In this document: positions 17,054-25,277 of the stretch, piece after piece
Layout: each line of letters opens with the position of its first letter
How positions within the stretch are numbered: the first letter of the stretch is position 1
Source: Flavobacteriaceae bacterium
GTDB taxonomy: Bacteria > Bacteroidota > Bacteroidia > Flavobacteriales > Flavobacteriaceae
Assembly: GCA_965224465.1 (NCBI GenBank)
Contig: OZ245049.1
Coordinates: 5,040,001-5,072,000, forward strand
Reading direction: 5' to 3'
DNA: 32,000 nucleotides
The notes under the pieces: model-generated
What the model was told of the DNA's origin: nothing
Databases searched by the model: none
What the model saw: the letters and a program-made list of their open reading frames with translations, nothing else
Translations under genes and position numbers: made by a program

Positions 17054-17473
17054 TTAGAACATTTCTCTTCCAGAAAAATGGAATGCTCCTTCAATAGCAG
17101 CATTTTCATCACTGTCAGAACCGTGTACTGCATTTTCTCCCATAGAAGTAGCAAACATTTTACGGATTGTTCCTTCTGCTGCATCTGCTGGATTGGTAGC
17201 TCCAATCAATGCTCTGAAATCTTCAACAGCATTGTTTTTTTCTAAAATAGCAGCAACAATAGGTCCAGAAGTCATAAACTCTACCAGTTCTCCAAAAAAT
17301 GGACGTTCGTTATGTACGGCATAAAAATGCTCTGCATCTGCAACGGTCATTTGTGTTTTCTTCATTGCTACAATTCTAAAGCCAGCAGCATTGATTTTGT
17401 CTAAAATAGCACCTATATGTCCATTTTTTACGGCATCAGGCTTAAGCATTGTAAATGTTCTATTTGTTGTCAT
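17054..17473 (-). CDS. ndk: Nucleoside-diphosphate kinase
   Basis: [11 protein letters not shown], active-site NAVHGSDS; 139 aa. Confidence 0.95.
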   Translation of the reverse strand: MTTNRTFTMLKPDAVKNGHIGAILDKINAAGFRIVAMKKTQMTVADAEHFYAVHNERPFFGELVEFMTSGPIVAAILEKNNAVEDFRALIGATNPADAAEGTIRKMFATSMGENAVHGSDSDENAAIEGAFHFSGREMF

Positions 17474-17502
17474 TTGTATTATTTTCTATGTTTAAAATCG
17501 TG

Positions 17503-17531
17503 CAAATATACCAATTTCTTTAATATGTCAA
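17503..17531 (-). promoter_or_regulatory. Bacteroidota-type promoter for ndk
   Basis: Minus strand reads TTG-(18 nt)-TATATTTG: -33 at 17529-17531 and -7 at 17503-17510, 30 nt upstream of the ATG at 17473. Confidence 0.55.
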
Positions 17532-17606
17532 TTGGAATATGTACTATATTGGTGTTAAGTTTCTTATTTACGATGGAGCACGTCTATTGTATTCTGTAGA
17601 ACAGCC

Positions 17607-18644
17607 TTAATATTTCTGTATAAAAGAGGACAATAATTGATTGTTTTTTCCGTGTATTTCAAATTTAACAATGTTTTTTTTGAAATTAAATTTAAGAATT
17701 CCAAAGTTTTTACTTGCAATTACAGGAGCTATTCTAAACGGATTTTCTTCGCCTTTAAAACTATCATAAGAATGGGTGAGTCCACTTGATGTAAAGTCTA
17801 TTAAAGGGAAATGTGATGGGCCGATTTCTTTTTTCGAAAATTCGGCAATATGTCTGTCTCCACTCAGTATTAGTGTGTTTTTTGCAGAAGAACTCAGTAT
17901 AAGTGCTTCCATTTTTTGTTGTTGATATGGCATTGTTCCCCAACTTTCAAATCCATGTTCTGAGGATAAAAATTGAATGCTACTCACAATAATGTTAAAA
18001 TTGGCATTGGAGTTGTTTAAGGTAGTTTTTAACCATTCCCATTGTGCTTTTCCAAGCATAGTTCCATTTTTGTCCTTACTTGGAAGATAGCGTTTTTTAC
18101 CTGATGGGTCTTTGGTAAGTGCGGTTCTAAAGTACCGTGTATCGAGTACAATTATTTGAATGCTGTTGCTGCCAATTTTATAGTTTTTTGTATGGTAAAC
18201 TCCTGCTCGTTTTCTTCTTGAGTCTTGTGCATCAACATCTAAAAAATCTAGTAATATGGATTGTACTTCGTCTTTTTTTGAGTATTCAGCGCCTCCGTCA
18301 TTTAGTCCATAATCATGATCATCCCATGTTCCTAACACATCCACGCTATTTCTAAAATCAGTATAGTTTTTCTTGTTTTTTTGAAGGTCATAACTGCGTT
18401 TCATTATTTCCATATCATCGGTGTCTGAATACACGATGTCTCCTCCCCAAATCCATACATCTGGGTGGTTTCTCAATATTTCTGGCCATAAAGTATTGGT
18501 TAGAGACTGGTTGTTACAGGAACCAAAGGAAAGCGTGAAGTCAGATTGAATATAATTGGCGCTTTTTACAATTGTTATCGGTTTTTTATGACTACAGCTG
18601 CTTAATAAAATTAAAAGAAGGAAGGGAATAGAGCGTTGTTTCAT
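17607..18644 (-). CDS. PhoD-like metallophosphatase (alkaline phosphatase D family), lipoprotein
   Basis: Lipobox LLSSC, metallophosphatase blocks GGDIVYSD, GTWDDHDYGLNDGG, SGDRHIAE. Confidence 0.7.
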   Translation of the reverse strand: MKQRSIPFLLLILLSSCSHKKPITIVKSANYIQSDFTLSFGSCNNQSLTNTLWPEILRNHPDVWIWGGDIVYSDTDDMEIMKRSYDLQKNKKNYTDFRNSVDVLGTWDDHDYGLNDGGAEYSKKDEVQSILLDFLDVDAQDSRRKRAGVYHTKNYKIGSNSIQIIVLDTRYFRTALTKDPSGKKRYLPSKDKNGTMLGKAQWEWLKTTLNNSNANFNIIVSSIQFLSSEHGFESWGTMPYQQQKMEALILSSSAKNTLILSGDRHIAEFSKKEIGPSHFPLIDFTSSGLTHSYDSFKGEENPFRIAPVIASKNFGILKFNFKKNIVKFEIHGKNNQLLSSFIQKY

Positions 18645-18671
18645 GGTTTTTTATTGTTATCAATACTCCCA

Positions 18672-18679
18672 CAAATATA
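18672..18679 (-). promoter_or_regulatory. Bacteroidota -7 box (TATATTTG on minus strand) upstream of the PhoD-like gene
   Basis: Exact TAnnTTTG match 28 nt upstream of the ATG at 18644. Confidence 0.4.
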
Positions 18680-18728
18680 CGCGCTATTTTCATGAAATTT
18701 GACTATAATTTGTATATTCGCAAGCTAT

Positions 18729-19760
18729 ATGACTATAATTGAAATTAAAGAACTAAAACAATTACTTTCAAGTCCTAAAAACTTGGTAATTGTTCCTCAT
18801 AGAAATCCAGACGGTGATGCCATTGGATCTAGTTTAGGATTGTTGCATTTTCTTCAAAAAATGAAACATGAAGTAACGGTAGTTGCACCTAATGATTTTC
18901 CTGATTTTTTAAAATGGATGCCACAGGCAAAGTCTGTTTTGAAATACGATGTCCAAAATAGACAATCAAAAAAAGCAATTGACAATGCCGATTTTATCTT
19001 TTTATTAGATTTTAATGCGCTCCATAGAGTTGGTAATGATATGCAATCTTATTTGGAAAAGTACCAAGGAGATTTTATTATGATAGATCACCATCAACAA
19101 CCAGATGCAATTGCTCGATTTACGTATTCAGATACTAGTATTTGTTCTACGTGCCAAATGGTGTATCATTTTATAGAAATGCTAGATATGGTTTCTTCTG
19201 TAGATCAACACATTGCCAGTTGTTTGTATGCGGGGATTATGACAGATACAGGTTCGTTTAGGTTTGCGTCAACCACTAGTACTACGCATCGGATTATTGC
19301 TGATTTAATTGATAAAGGAGCAGAAAACGCCAAAATTCATAACAATGTGTATGATACAAATTCTATTGGTAGATTGCATTTGTTAGGAGTAGCCTTAAAT
19401 AATTTAGTGGTGCTTCCAGCATATAATGCGGCATATATTACCATGACTCGCAAAGAACTGGATGCTCATGATTTTCAAAAAGGGGATACAGAAGGAGTGG
19501 TAAATTATGCGCTTTCTGTGAGTGGAGTTGTATTGGCAGCTATATTTATAGAGGATCCAGATCAAGGAATTATTAAAATTTCTTTGCGTTCTAAAGGTTC
19601 GTTTTCTGTAAATAAATTTGCTCGAAATCATTTTGATGGAGGAGGACATGACAATGCTTCTGGAGGAAGATCAGCACTTACTATTAAAGAAACTGTAGAA
19701 AAATTCGTAGATTTATTGCCTCAATATAAAGACGAATTATCTAGCTCTTATGAAAATTAA
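18729..19760 (+). CDS. nrnA: DHH/DHHA1 phosphoesterase, NrnA-type oligoribonuclease/pAp phosphatase
   Basis: HRNPDGDAIGS, DHH (IDHHQ), DTGSF, C-terminal GGGHDNASGG. Start placed at MTIIEIKELKQLL (second Met of the tracked ORF). Confidence 0.8.
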   Translation: MTIIEIKELKQLLSSPKNLVIVPHRNPDGDAIGSSLGLLHFLQKMKHEVTVVAPNDFPDFLKWMPQAKSVLKYDVQNRQSKKAIDNADFIFLLDFNALHRVGNDMQSYLEKYQGDFIMIDHHQQPDAIARFTYSDTSICSTCQMVYHFIEMLDMVSSVDQHIASCLYAGIMTDTGSFRFASTTSTTHRIIADLIDKGAENAKIHNNVYDTNSIGRLHLLGVALNNLVVLPAYNAAYITMTRKELDAHDFQKGDTEGVVNYALSVSGVVLAAIFIEDPDQGIIKISLRSKGSFSVNKFARNHFDGGGHDNASGGRSALTIKETVEKFVDLLPQYKDELSSSYEN

Positions 19761-20286
19761 CCATTTTTTAATTATAGTAGTATTGTTTGCTGTTTCATGC
19801 AGTGGAACAAAAGCAAGAAAACCGATTAGTAAAAAAACTAATATTTATTTAAAAGAATCGGTACAGCTGAATAAAAGATTGAATAATCAAGAGGGATTAT
19901 TGATAAAATCTTTTATGGATCTAGACAGTACGTTAACATATAAAGAGTCTTCTTTGGGGTTTTGGTATGCGATACTTCAATCAAATAAAGAAGGGAAGTT
20001 TCCAGAAACGTATGCTACTGTTTATTATAACTACGAAGTGTATAACCTTAATAATAAATTGTTATACCCAAAGGATAGTGTTACACTTATGACGTATAAA
20101 GTGGATAAACAAGGGCATGATATAGAAGGTGTACAACAAGGTCTTAAAATAATGAAAGAAGGGGAGCGAGCTGTGTTTTTATTTCCTTCCTTTAAAGCTT
20201 ATGGCTTAGTAGGAGATGGGAAAAAAATAGGAGGAAACGAACCTATAAAAGTAATCATAGAATTAATAAAAATCAAAAAACAATAA
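19750..20286 (+). CDS. gldI: FKBP-type peptidyl-prolyl isomerase lipoprotein, GldI-like
   Basis: Lipobox LFAVSC; degenerate FKBP fold ending FPSFKAYGLVGDGKKIGGNEPIKVIIELIKI. Size and position ahead of other FKBP genes resemble flavobacterial gldI. The symbol is tentative. Confidence 0.55.
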   Translation: MKINHFLIIVVLFAVSCSGTKARKPISKKTNIYLKESVQLNKRLNNQEGLLIKSFMDLDSTLTYKESSLGFWYAILQSNKEGKFPETYATVYYNYEVYNLNNKLLYPKDSVTLMTYKVDKQGHDIEGVQQGLKIMKEGERAVFLFPSFKAYGLVGDGKKIGGNEPIKVIIELIKIKKQ

Positions 20287-20288
20287 AA

Positions 20289-21020
20289 ATGAAAAAACTA
20301 CTTGTAGCAGTATTAGCAGTAGCAACATTAGCATCATGTAATCAGGGTGTAAAAAGAGTATCAAGCTTAAACAACGAATTGGATTCTGTAAGCTATAGTT
20401 TGGGAGTGGATATGGCAAATAAATTAAGTAATACTTTTCCAAAAGTAGATAAAGATTTACTAATTCAAGGCTATTCGGATGCATTAGATTCAGTGACTTT
20501 ATTGGTTGATAAAAATGGAATTGACACACAGTTAAGTGCGTATTTTCAAAAAGCTCAACAACGTAAACATAAAGAACAACAACGTAAACAAATAGAAGAA
20601 GCTGAGAAAAAGTACGGAGACGTTAAAGCAAAAGGAATTAAATTTCTTGAAGAGAATAAAATAAAAGAAGGGGTTGTAACAACTTCAAGTGGTTTGCAAT
20701 ATGTTGTTTTAAAAAAAGGTACGGGTGAGACTCCTGATGGACCAGAGGCAAATGTAGAGGTTAATTACCATGGAACAACACCTGATGGAGTTGTATTCGA
20801 TAGTTCTGTTGATCGTGGAAAATCAATTAGTTTTGACTTGAACCGTGTTATAAAAGGATGGTCAGAAGGTGTACTGTTAATGAAAGAAGGAGCTAAATAT
20901 AAGTTTTTTATCCCTCAAGAATTGGCTTATGGAGTAAATGCACCTCAAGGTGGTACAGGAGCTATCAAACCATTTATGCCTTTGGTATTTGAAGTTGAGT
21001 TGATAAAAATTAATAAATAA
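20289..21020 (+). CDS. FKBP-type peptidyl-prolyl isomerase lipoprotein (Mip/FkpA-like, with N-terminal dimerisation helix)
   Basis: Lipobox TLASC; FKBP_N-like helical region, then VEVNYHGTTPDGVVFDSS...VIKGWSEGVLLMKEGAKYKFFIP.ELAYG. Confidence 0.8.
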   Translation: MKKLLVAVLAVATLASCNQGVKRVSSLNNELDSVSYSLGVDMANKLSNTFPKVDKDLLIQGYSDALDSVTLLVDKNGIDTQLSAYFQKAQQRKHKEQQRKQIEEAEKKYGDVKAKGIKFLEENKIKEGVVTTSSGLQYVVLKKGTGETPDGPEANVEVNYHGTTPDGVVFDSSVDRGKSISFDLNRVIKGWSEGVLLMKEGAKYKFFIPQELAYGVNAPQGGTGAIKPFMPLVFEVELIKINK

Positions 21021-22133
21021 ATGAAATACTTACACTATATTGTAATGCTTGCTTTGGTGGTTTTTGCTTCGTGCAAAACCGCCAAAACAGTCAAGTATAC
21101 TAATTTGAATGATGGTTTGTATGCAGATTTACAGACCAATAAAGGTGATATTTTATTGAAATTGGAGTTTGAAAAAACACCGATGACAGTTGCTAACTTT
21201 GTTTCTCTTGCTAATGGAACCAACACCAAAGTGATTGACTCTTTTAAAGGGAAACCATTTTATAATGGAATTGTATTTCACCGTGTTTTAAAAGATTTCA
21301 TGATACAAGGAGGCGATCCTACAGGAACAGGTTCAAGTGGACCAGGGTATCAGTTTCCTGATGAGTTTCCAAAAGATGCTGAAGGCAAATTCCTATTAAA
21401 ACACAACGGACCAGGAGTGTTGTCTATGGCTAATTCAGGTCCAGACACCAACGGTAGTCAGTTTTTTATAACGCATAAGAGCACGAATTGGTTGGATGGG
21501 AAACACACTGTTTTTGGAAATGTGATTAAAGGTCAGAATATTGTAGACACTATTGTAAAAGGAGATTATATCAATAAGATTGATTTTATCAGAATTGGTA
21601 AATTAGCAAAAAGTTTTAATGCCGCTGAAGTATTTGAAAATAGCGTAAATGCAGCCTTTGAAGCGGATAAAAATCAAGCAGATCTCTTAACTAAGGTAGC
21701 AGCAACAACCAAGTCCGAAATGTTACAATACGAAAAAGAAGCTACGGAATTAAAATCTGGCTTAAAGTATTATATCTTAGAGAGCAAGAATGGTGACAAG
21801 CCTAAAAAAGGAGCAAAAATATTTGTGAATTATGCAGGTTACTTTAGTGATGGTCGTTTGTTCGATACAAGCTATATGAAAATTGCTGAGAAATATGGCG
21901 TGTATGACGAAAAACGTGACCAACAAAATGGGTATACCGCTTTCGAATCTGTTTACAGTGATGAGGCACGTTTGATCCCAGGGTTTAAAGAAGGATTACA
22001 ACAATTAAAATATGGAGACAAAGCCATGGTTTTTATTCCTTCTCATTTGGGCTATGGAAAACAAGGAGCAGGGGACTTAATTCCGCCAGATACAGACTTG
22101 GTGTTTGTATTAGAAATTTTAGAAAAAAAATAG
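21021..22133 (+). CDS. Dual-domain PPIase lipoprotein: N-terminal cyclophilin fused to C-terminal FKBP
   Basis: Lipobox VFASC. Cyclophilin blocks FHRVLKDFMIQGGDPTGTGSSGPGY and GVLSMANSGPDTNGSQFFITH. C-terminal FKBP blocks KIFVNYAGYFSDGRLFDTS and GFKEGLQQLKYGDKAMVFIPSHLGYG. Confidence 0.8.
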   Translation: MKYLHYIVMLALVVFASCKTAKTVKYTNLNDGLYADLQTNKGDILLKLEFEKTPMTVANFVSLANGTNTKVIDSFKGKPFYNGIVFHRVLKDFMIQGGDPTGTGSSGPGYQFPDEFPKDAEGKFLLKHNGPGVLSMANSGPDTNGSQFFITHKSTNWLDGKHTVFGNVIKGQNIVDTIVKGDYINKIDFIRIGKLAKSFNAAEVFENSVNAAFEADKNQADLLTKVAATTKSEMLQYEKEATELKSGLKYYILESKNGDKPKKGAKIFVNYAGYFSDGRLFDTSYMKIAEKYGVYDEKRDQQNGYTAFESVYSDEARLIPGFKEGLQQLKYGDKAMVFIPSHLGYGKQGAGDLIPPDTDLVFVLEILEKK

Positions 22134-22137
22134 TCTT

Positions 22138-22716
22138 GTGTTAGCGTCTCTTTTAGAAAATGATATTGAACTTTTTTTGTACTTAAATAATTTAGGGTCG
22201 GTACAATGGGATACCTTTTGGTTAGTTATGACCAATAAATTTAGTGCAATCCCTTTGTATGTGTTCTTGTTAATCTTAAGTTATAGAAAAATAGGAATTA
22301 AAAAAACCACTCTTGCGGTGGTTTTTATTTTATTATTAATAACAGTTTCCGATCAAACTTCTCAGTTTTTTAAATATGGTATTCAACGTTTGAGACCATG
22401 TCACAATGTAGAATTGATGGATTTTATGCGATTGGTAAAGTCTAGTTGTGGAGGCAAATATTCTTTTTTTTCTGCCCATGCCGCTAATTCTGCTGCGATT
22501 GCTGTTTACTTTGGCTTGTTACTAAGAACCTATTATAAATATTTGTTTTCAGGTCTTTTATTATGGGCTTTTGTAGTGTCTTATAGTCGTATTTATATAG
22601 GAGTTCATTTTCCTGGCGATGTTGTATTTGGCTTCTTTGTGGGGACTGTCTACGCACTTGTTTTTTATAAATTACTTCAATTATTTATAAGTAAGTTTGA
22701 TAATAAATTACGATAG
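22138..22716 (+). CDS. PAP2-family lipid phosphatase (GTG start)
   Basis: Acid-phosphatase motifs K-x6-RP (KYGIQRLRP), SAH (FFSAHAAN) and SRIYIGVHFPGD, with several TM segments. The conserved-looking N-terminus LLENDIELFLYLN requires the GTG at 22138. Confidence 0.75.
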   Translation: MLASLLENDIELFLYLNNLGSVQWDTFWLVMTNKFSAIPLYVFLLILSYRKIGIKKTTLAVVFILLLITVSDQTSQFFKYGIQRLRPCHNVELMDFMRLVKSSCGGKYSFFSAHAANSAAIAVYFGLLLRTYYKYLFSGLLLWAFVVSYSRIYIGVHFPGDVVFGFFVGTVYALVFYKLLQLFISKFDNKLR

Positions 22717-22747
22717 TTAACGCTTGTTTTTACATAAATTACACCAT

Positions 22748-22786
22748 AAAAAAAGACGGTTGAATTTTAATTCAACCGTCTTTTTG
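22748..22786. terminator. Rho-independent terminator 3' of the nrnA-to-PAP2 operon (bidirectional shape)
   Basis: A-run, 10-bp stem GACGGTTGAA (22755-22764) / TTCAACCGTC (22771-22780), 6-nt loop, then T-run. Confidence 0.8.
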
Positions 22787-22792
22787 AGTCTT

Positions 22793-22950
22793 ATACCAAA
22801 TACATTTCCAATGACGGTTTAGAAATGAAATTATTTTTTGTTATAGCTAGGCGGAAAATCTAAGGATAGCCCTAATCGTTCTGTTTTTTAACAACGCTAG
22901 AACGTAAATTAAACCATTTATATCGGTCATTCAGCATTGTATTATTGGTG
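22793..22950 (+). repeat. Interspersed ~155-bp element, copy A (full length)
   Basis: ATACCAAATACATTTCCAATGACGGTTTAGAAATG...GCTAGGCGGAAAATCTAAGGATAGC...CGTTCTGTTTTTTAACAACGCTAGAACGTAAAT...TTTATATCGGTCATT...ATTATTGGTG. Collinear with copies B and C. Confidence 0.85.
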
Positions 22951-23625
22951 TTACTTAGTGTAAATAGCTGCTTTATTAAAAGGATTAAGGACAATTAAAT
23001 AGAAAATAATTCCAAAACCTAATTCATACAATTCCCATTTTCTGCTGGAAGGCATTATTACAATAATATCAGTGAGTATTATAAATGCAATTACTTGTTT
23101 CCAAGTTGCTACGGGAACAGAAAATTTATTTACAAAATTACGTACCCACAGTTTTTTGCGATACATAAAAGGCATTATCAGTAAATAAATTACTAAAACA
23201 ACGGTCAGTAATTGACTGAAAACAATTTTGTTTACTTTTTTTCCGTTGACCACCATATTGTGGAGGTTGGTTTCTCCTTGCGCATTGTTTTCTAAAAAAT
23301 ATTCAGAAGATTCTATGTTAAAAATACGTTGTCCCCAAGAGATCTCTTCTCCAGTTCCAAAAATAAAAATGAGGATCAAAACAATCATTCCAAACCTCCA
23401 AAGTCCTTTTTTATAAGTCCATAATTTGAACAATCTAATGCTTGTAAGTACACTAATCGCGAATAATACAACTGCGGTTGCAGATTCGGCTAAACCGTCC
23501 TCTCTTGCGTAAACCGTGTTGAAATATTCATCGTCGGTAAAGGAGTAATATGCACCAAATCCTAATATAAGTGCCAATACAATATAACTTATGCGTTCTA
23601 ATCTAGTGATTGGAATGTTTTTCAT
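22951..23625 (-). CDS. Hypothetical polytopic membrane protein (about 6 TM), last gene of the glycosyltransferase cassette
   Basis: 224-aa ORF 29 nt downstream of the GT-C gene. It has six hydrophobic segments and a distinctive GTGEEISWGQRIF block after TM3. I recognise no family. Confidence 0.6.
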   Translation of the reverse strand: MKNIPITRLERISYIVLALILGFGAYYSFTDDEYFNTVYAREDGLAESATAVVLFAISVLTSIRLFKLWTYKKGLWRFGMIVLILIFIFGTGEEISWGQRIFNIESSEYFLENNAQGETNLHNMVVNGKKVNKIVFSQLLTVVLVIYLLIMPFMYRKKLWVRNFVNKFSVPVATWKQVIAFIILTDIIVIMPSSRKWELYELGFGIIFYLIVLNPFNKAAIYTK

Positions 23626-23654
23626 GGTATGTTCTATTTAATACAAAAGTACGA

Positions 23655-25277
23655 TTATTTTGAAATAACAAAGTAATGACTAATGAGTCTGTTTCTTTCT
23701 TTTTTGATATAATTATGATTAAAAACCGTTATTTTTCGAATGGTATAACTCTCAGGTATTTCTTTTTTAAAGCTTTCTAAGTGCTGCGTGTCTACTAGTA
23801 GCCCAAAAGAAGCCTCTTTTGGAAGTTTAAATTGTTGGTTTTTATTTATGTTTTTTAGGATGCCATCATAGGTCCAAATTAATTCGGGCGTTACATCAGA
23901 ATAGCTGTATGAATGGATATTGTATTTTACTTCTATTTTTTTTAATTGATCTATAGAATTGAACTTAGGGTTAGAATTCAATGTTTTTGCCATAGGTAAA
24001 CCAAATAGAAACGCACTGATCATAAAAGCGATTGTTAAGTAAAAGACCTTTAGTATATTTTTGTTTTTTAAAGCTAGCAGCATTAGTATACCGATACCTG
24101 CTAAAGCAATTCCTGTGAGTAGACCAGAAAACCAATTGGGATTGGCTGCGTCTTTTAACAAAATAAAAATACCTATAGGGGATCCAATTCCAATAAGTGC
24201 GATTAGTCCAAAAGAAAAGTAAACGGCTAAGGTTTCCTGTTTTTTAGACATTTGTTTAAAGTGTTGTACTAAGTAATGTATATAAACTCCCGTATTTATA
24301 GCTAAAGGAAGCAGGACAGGCATTAAATACCTTGCTTTTTTTTCTGGAATAAGTGATAATAATACAACCGCTAAAACAGTCCATAAAAAAGAAAATTTAT
24401 AGTGTTTTCCTATGCTTGTCTTTTTAGATATATATGGATATATCAAACCTATAAGTGCTGGGATAGCCCAAATTCCAGATTGTATAAAGAAACTCCAATA
24501 ATAGTAAAATGGACGTACATTATAACTGCTCCAATTCCCCGTTTCTTTCTTTGTGATTGCTAGAAAAGTTTCGGGGTCTTCAAATCTTACATATAAAAAC
24601 CAACTGGAACCTACGAGTATTAAAACGATGAATAGTCCTACTAAGGGCAGTATTTTGCTGCTAAAACCTTTATATTTATAAACGATGCCATAGGCAATTA
24701 AGAAAGGCAATAGTAAGGCAAATAGCGAAACGGGGCCTTTACTTAAAATAGAACAGCCTATAAAAAATCCAGCCCATATTCCATTTGAGAACCTCTTAGC
24801 ATCTGTTTGAAACAAATCAATTAAAAAATAGATGGCAATGAGCATGAATCCGTGAGTAAAAATGTCCCAAGGACCTTCGTTAGTGATGGCAAATACGTAA
24901 AAGGAAGTCACTGTAATTAATCCATTGATTAAACTATGTTGTTTTGATAATTTAAGTTTTTGAGAGATGAGATAAATAAATGCCCCCGATATAAATACAA
25001 ACAATACAGCAGGAAGCCTTAAAGCCCAAAGACTCTTGGTTCCGAAAATGAGTCCAGAACATGCGGTTAGCCATGTAGGTAAAGGAGGTTTTTGATATCT
25101 AGGTACGGCATTCATGGTGGTTAAAATCCAGTTGTTATCCTGAATCATTTCACGTGAAGTGATAAAATTTCGAGCCTCCATTATCGTGATGTTCGGAATG
25201 TCTAAATGAATGATTAACATTAAAAACACTACCAAAAAAATAGTGAGTATAGGTCTTTTCTCTATGAGTGAGATCAT
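23655..25277 (-). CDS. GT-C fold glycosyltransferase, ArnT/PMT_2-like (family 39/83 type)
   Basis: MEARNFITSREM and YQKPPLPTWL blocks typical of ArnT-like enzymes, with many TM helices. Start placed at MISLIEKRP (25277), which forms an ATGA overlap with the upstream stop; the tracked 45-codon extension overlaps the LAB_N gene. Confidence 0.8.
   Translation of the reverse strand: MISLIEKRPILTIFLVVFLMLIIHLDIPNITIMEARNFITSREMIQDNNWILTTMNAVPRYQKPPLPTWLTACSGLIFGTKSLWALRLPAVLFVFISGAFIYLISQKLKLSKQHSLINGLITVTSFYVFAITNEGPWDIFTHGFMLIAIYFLIDLFQTDAKRFSNGIWAGFFIGCSILSKGPVSLFALLLPFLIAYGIVYKYKGFSSKILPLVGLFIVLILVGSSWFLYVRFEDPETFLAITKKETGNWSSYNVRPFYYYWSFFIQSGIWAIPALIGLIYPYISKKTSIGKHYKFSFLWTVLAVVLLSLIPEKKARYLMPVLLPLAINTGVYIHYLVQHFKQMSKKQETLAVYFSFGLIALIGIGSPIGIFILLKDAANPNWFSGLLTGIALAGIGILMLLALKNKNILKVFYLTIAFMISAFLFGLPMAKTLNSNPKFNSIDQLKKIEVKYNIHSYSYSDVTPELIWTYDGILKNINKNQQFKLPKEASFGLLVDTQHLESFKKEIPESYTIRKITVFNHNYIKKERNRLISHYFVISK

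Noticed and set aside
16975-17205. 76-aa minus-strand ORF overlapping the 3' part of ndk and the ndk terminator; also the 60-aa plus-strand ORF at 17417-17599 across the ndk start and promoter.
   Set aside because: The first is out of frame with ndk and runs through a strong terminator hairpin. The second spans the ndk promoter region. Neither has any motif support.
20556-20590. A 14-nt direct repeat CAACAACGTAAACA occurring twice 21 nt apart.
   Set aside because: It lies inside the FKBP gene and simply encodes a repeated QQRK(H/Q)K stretch in the charged linker helix. It is coding low-complexity sequence, not a regulatory or mobile repeat.
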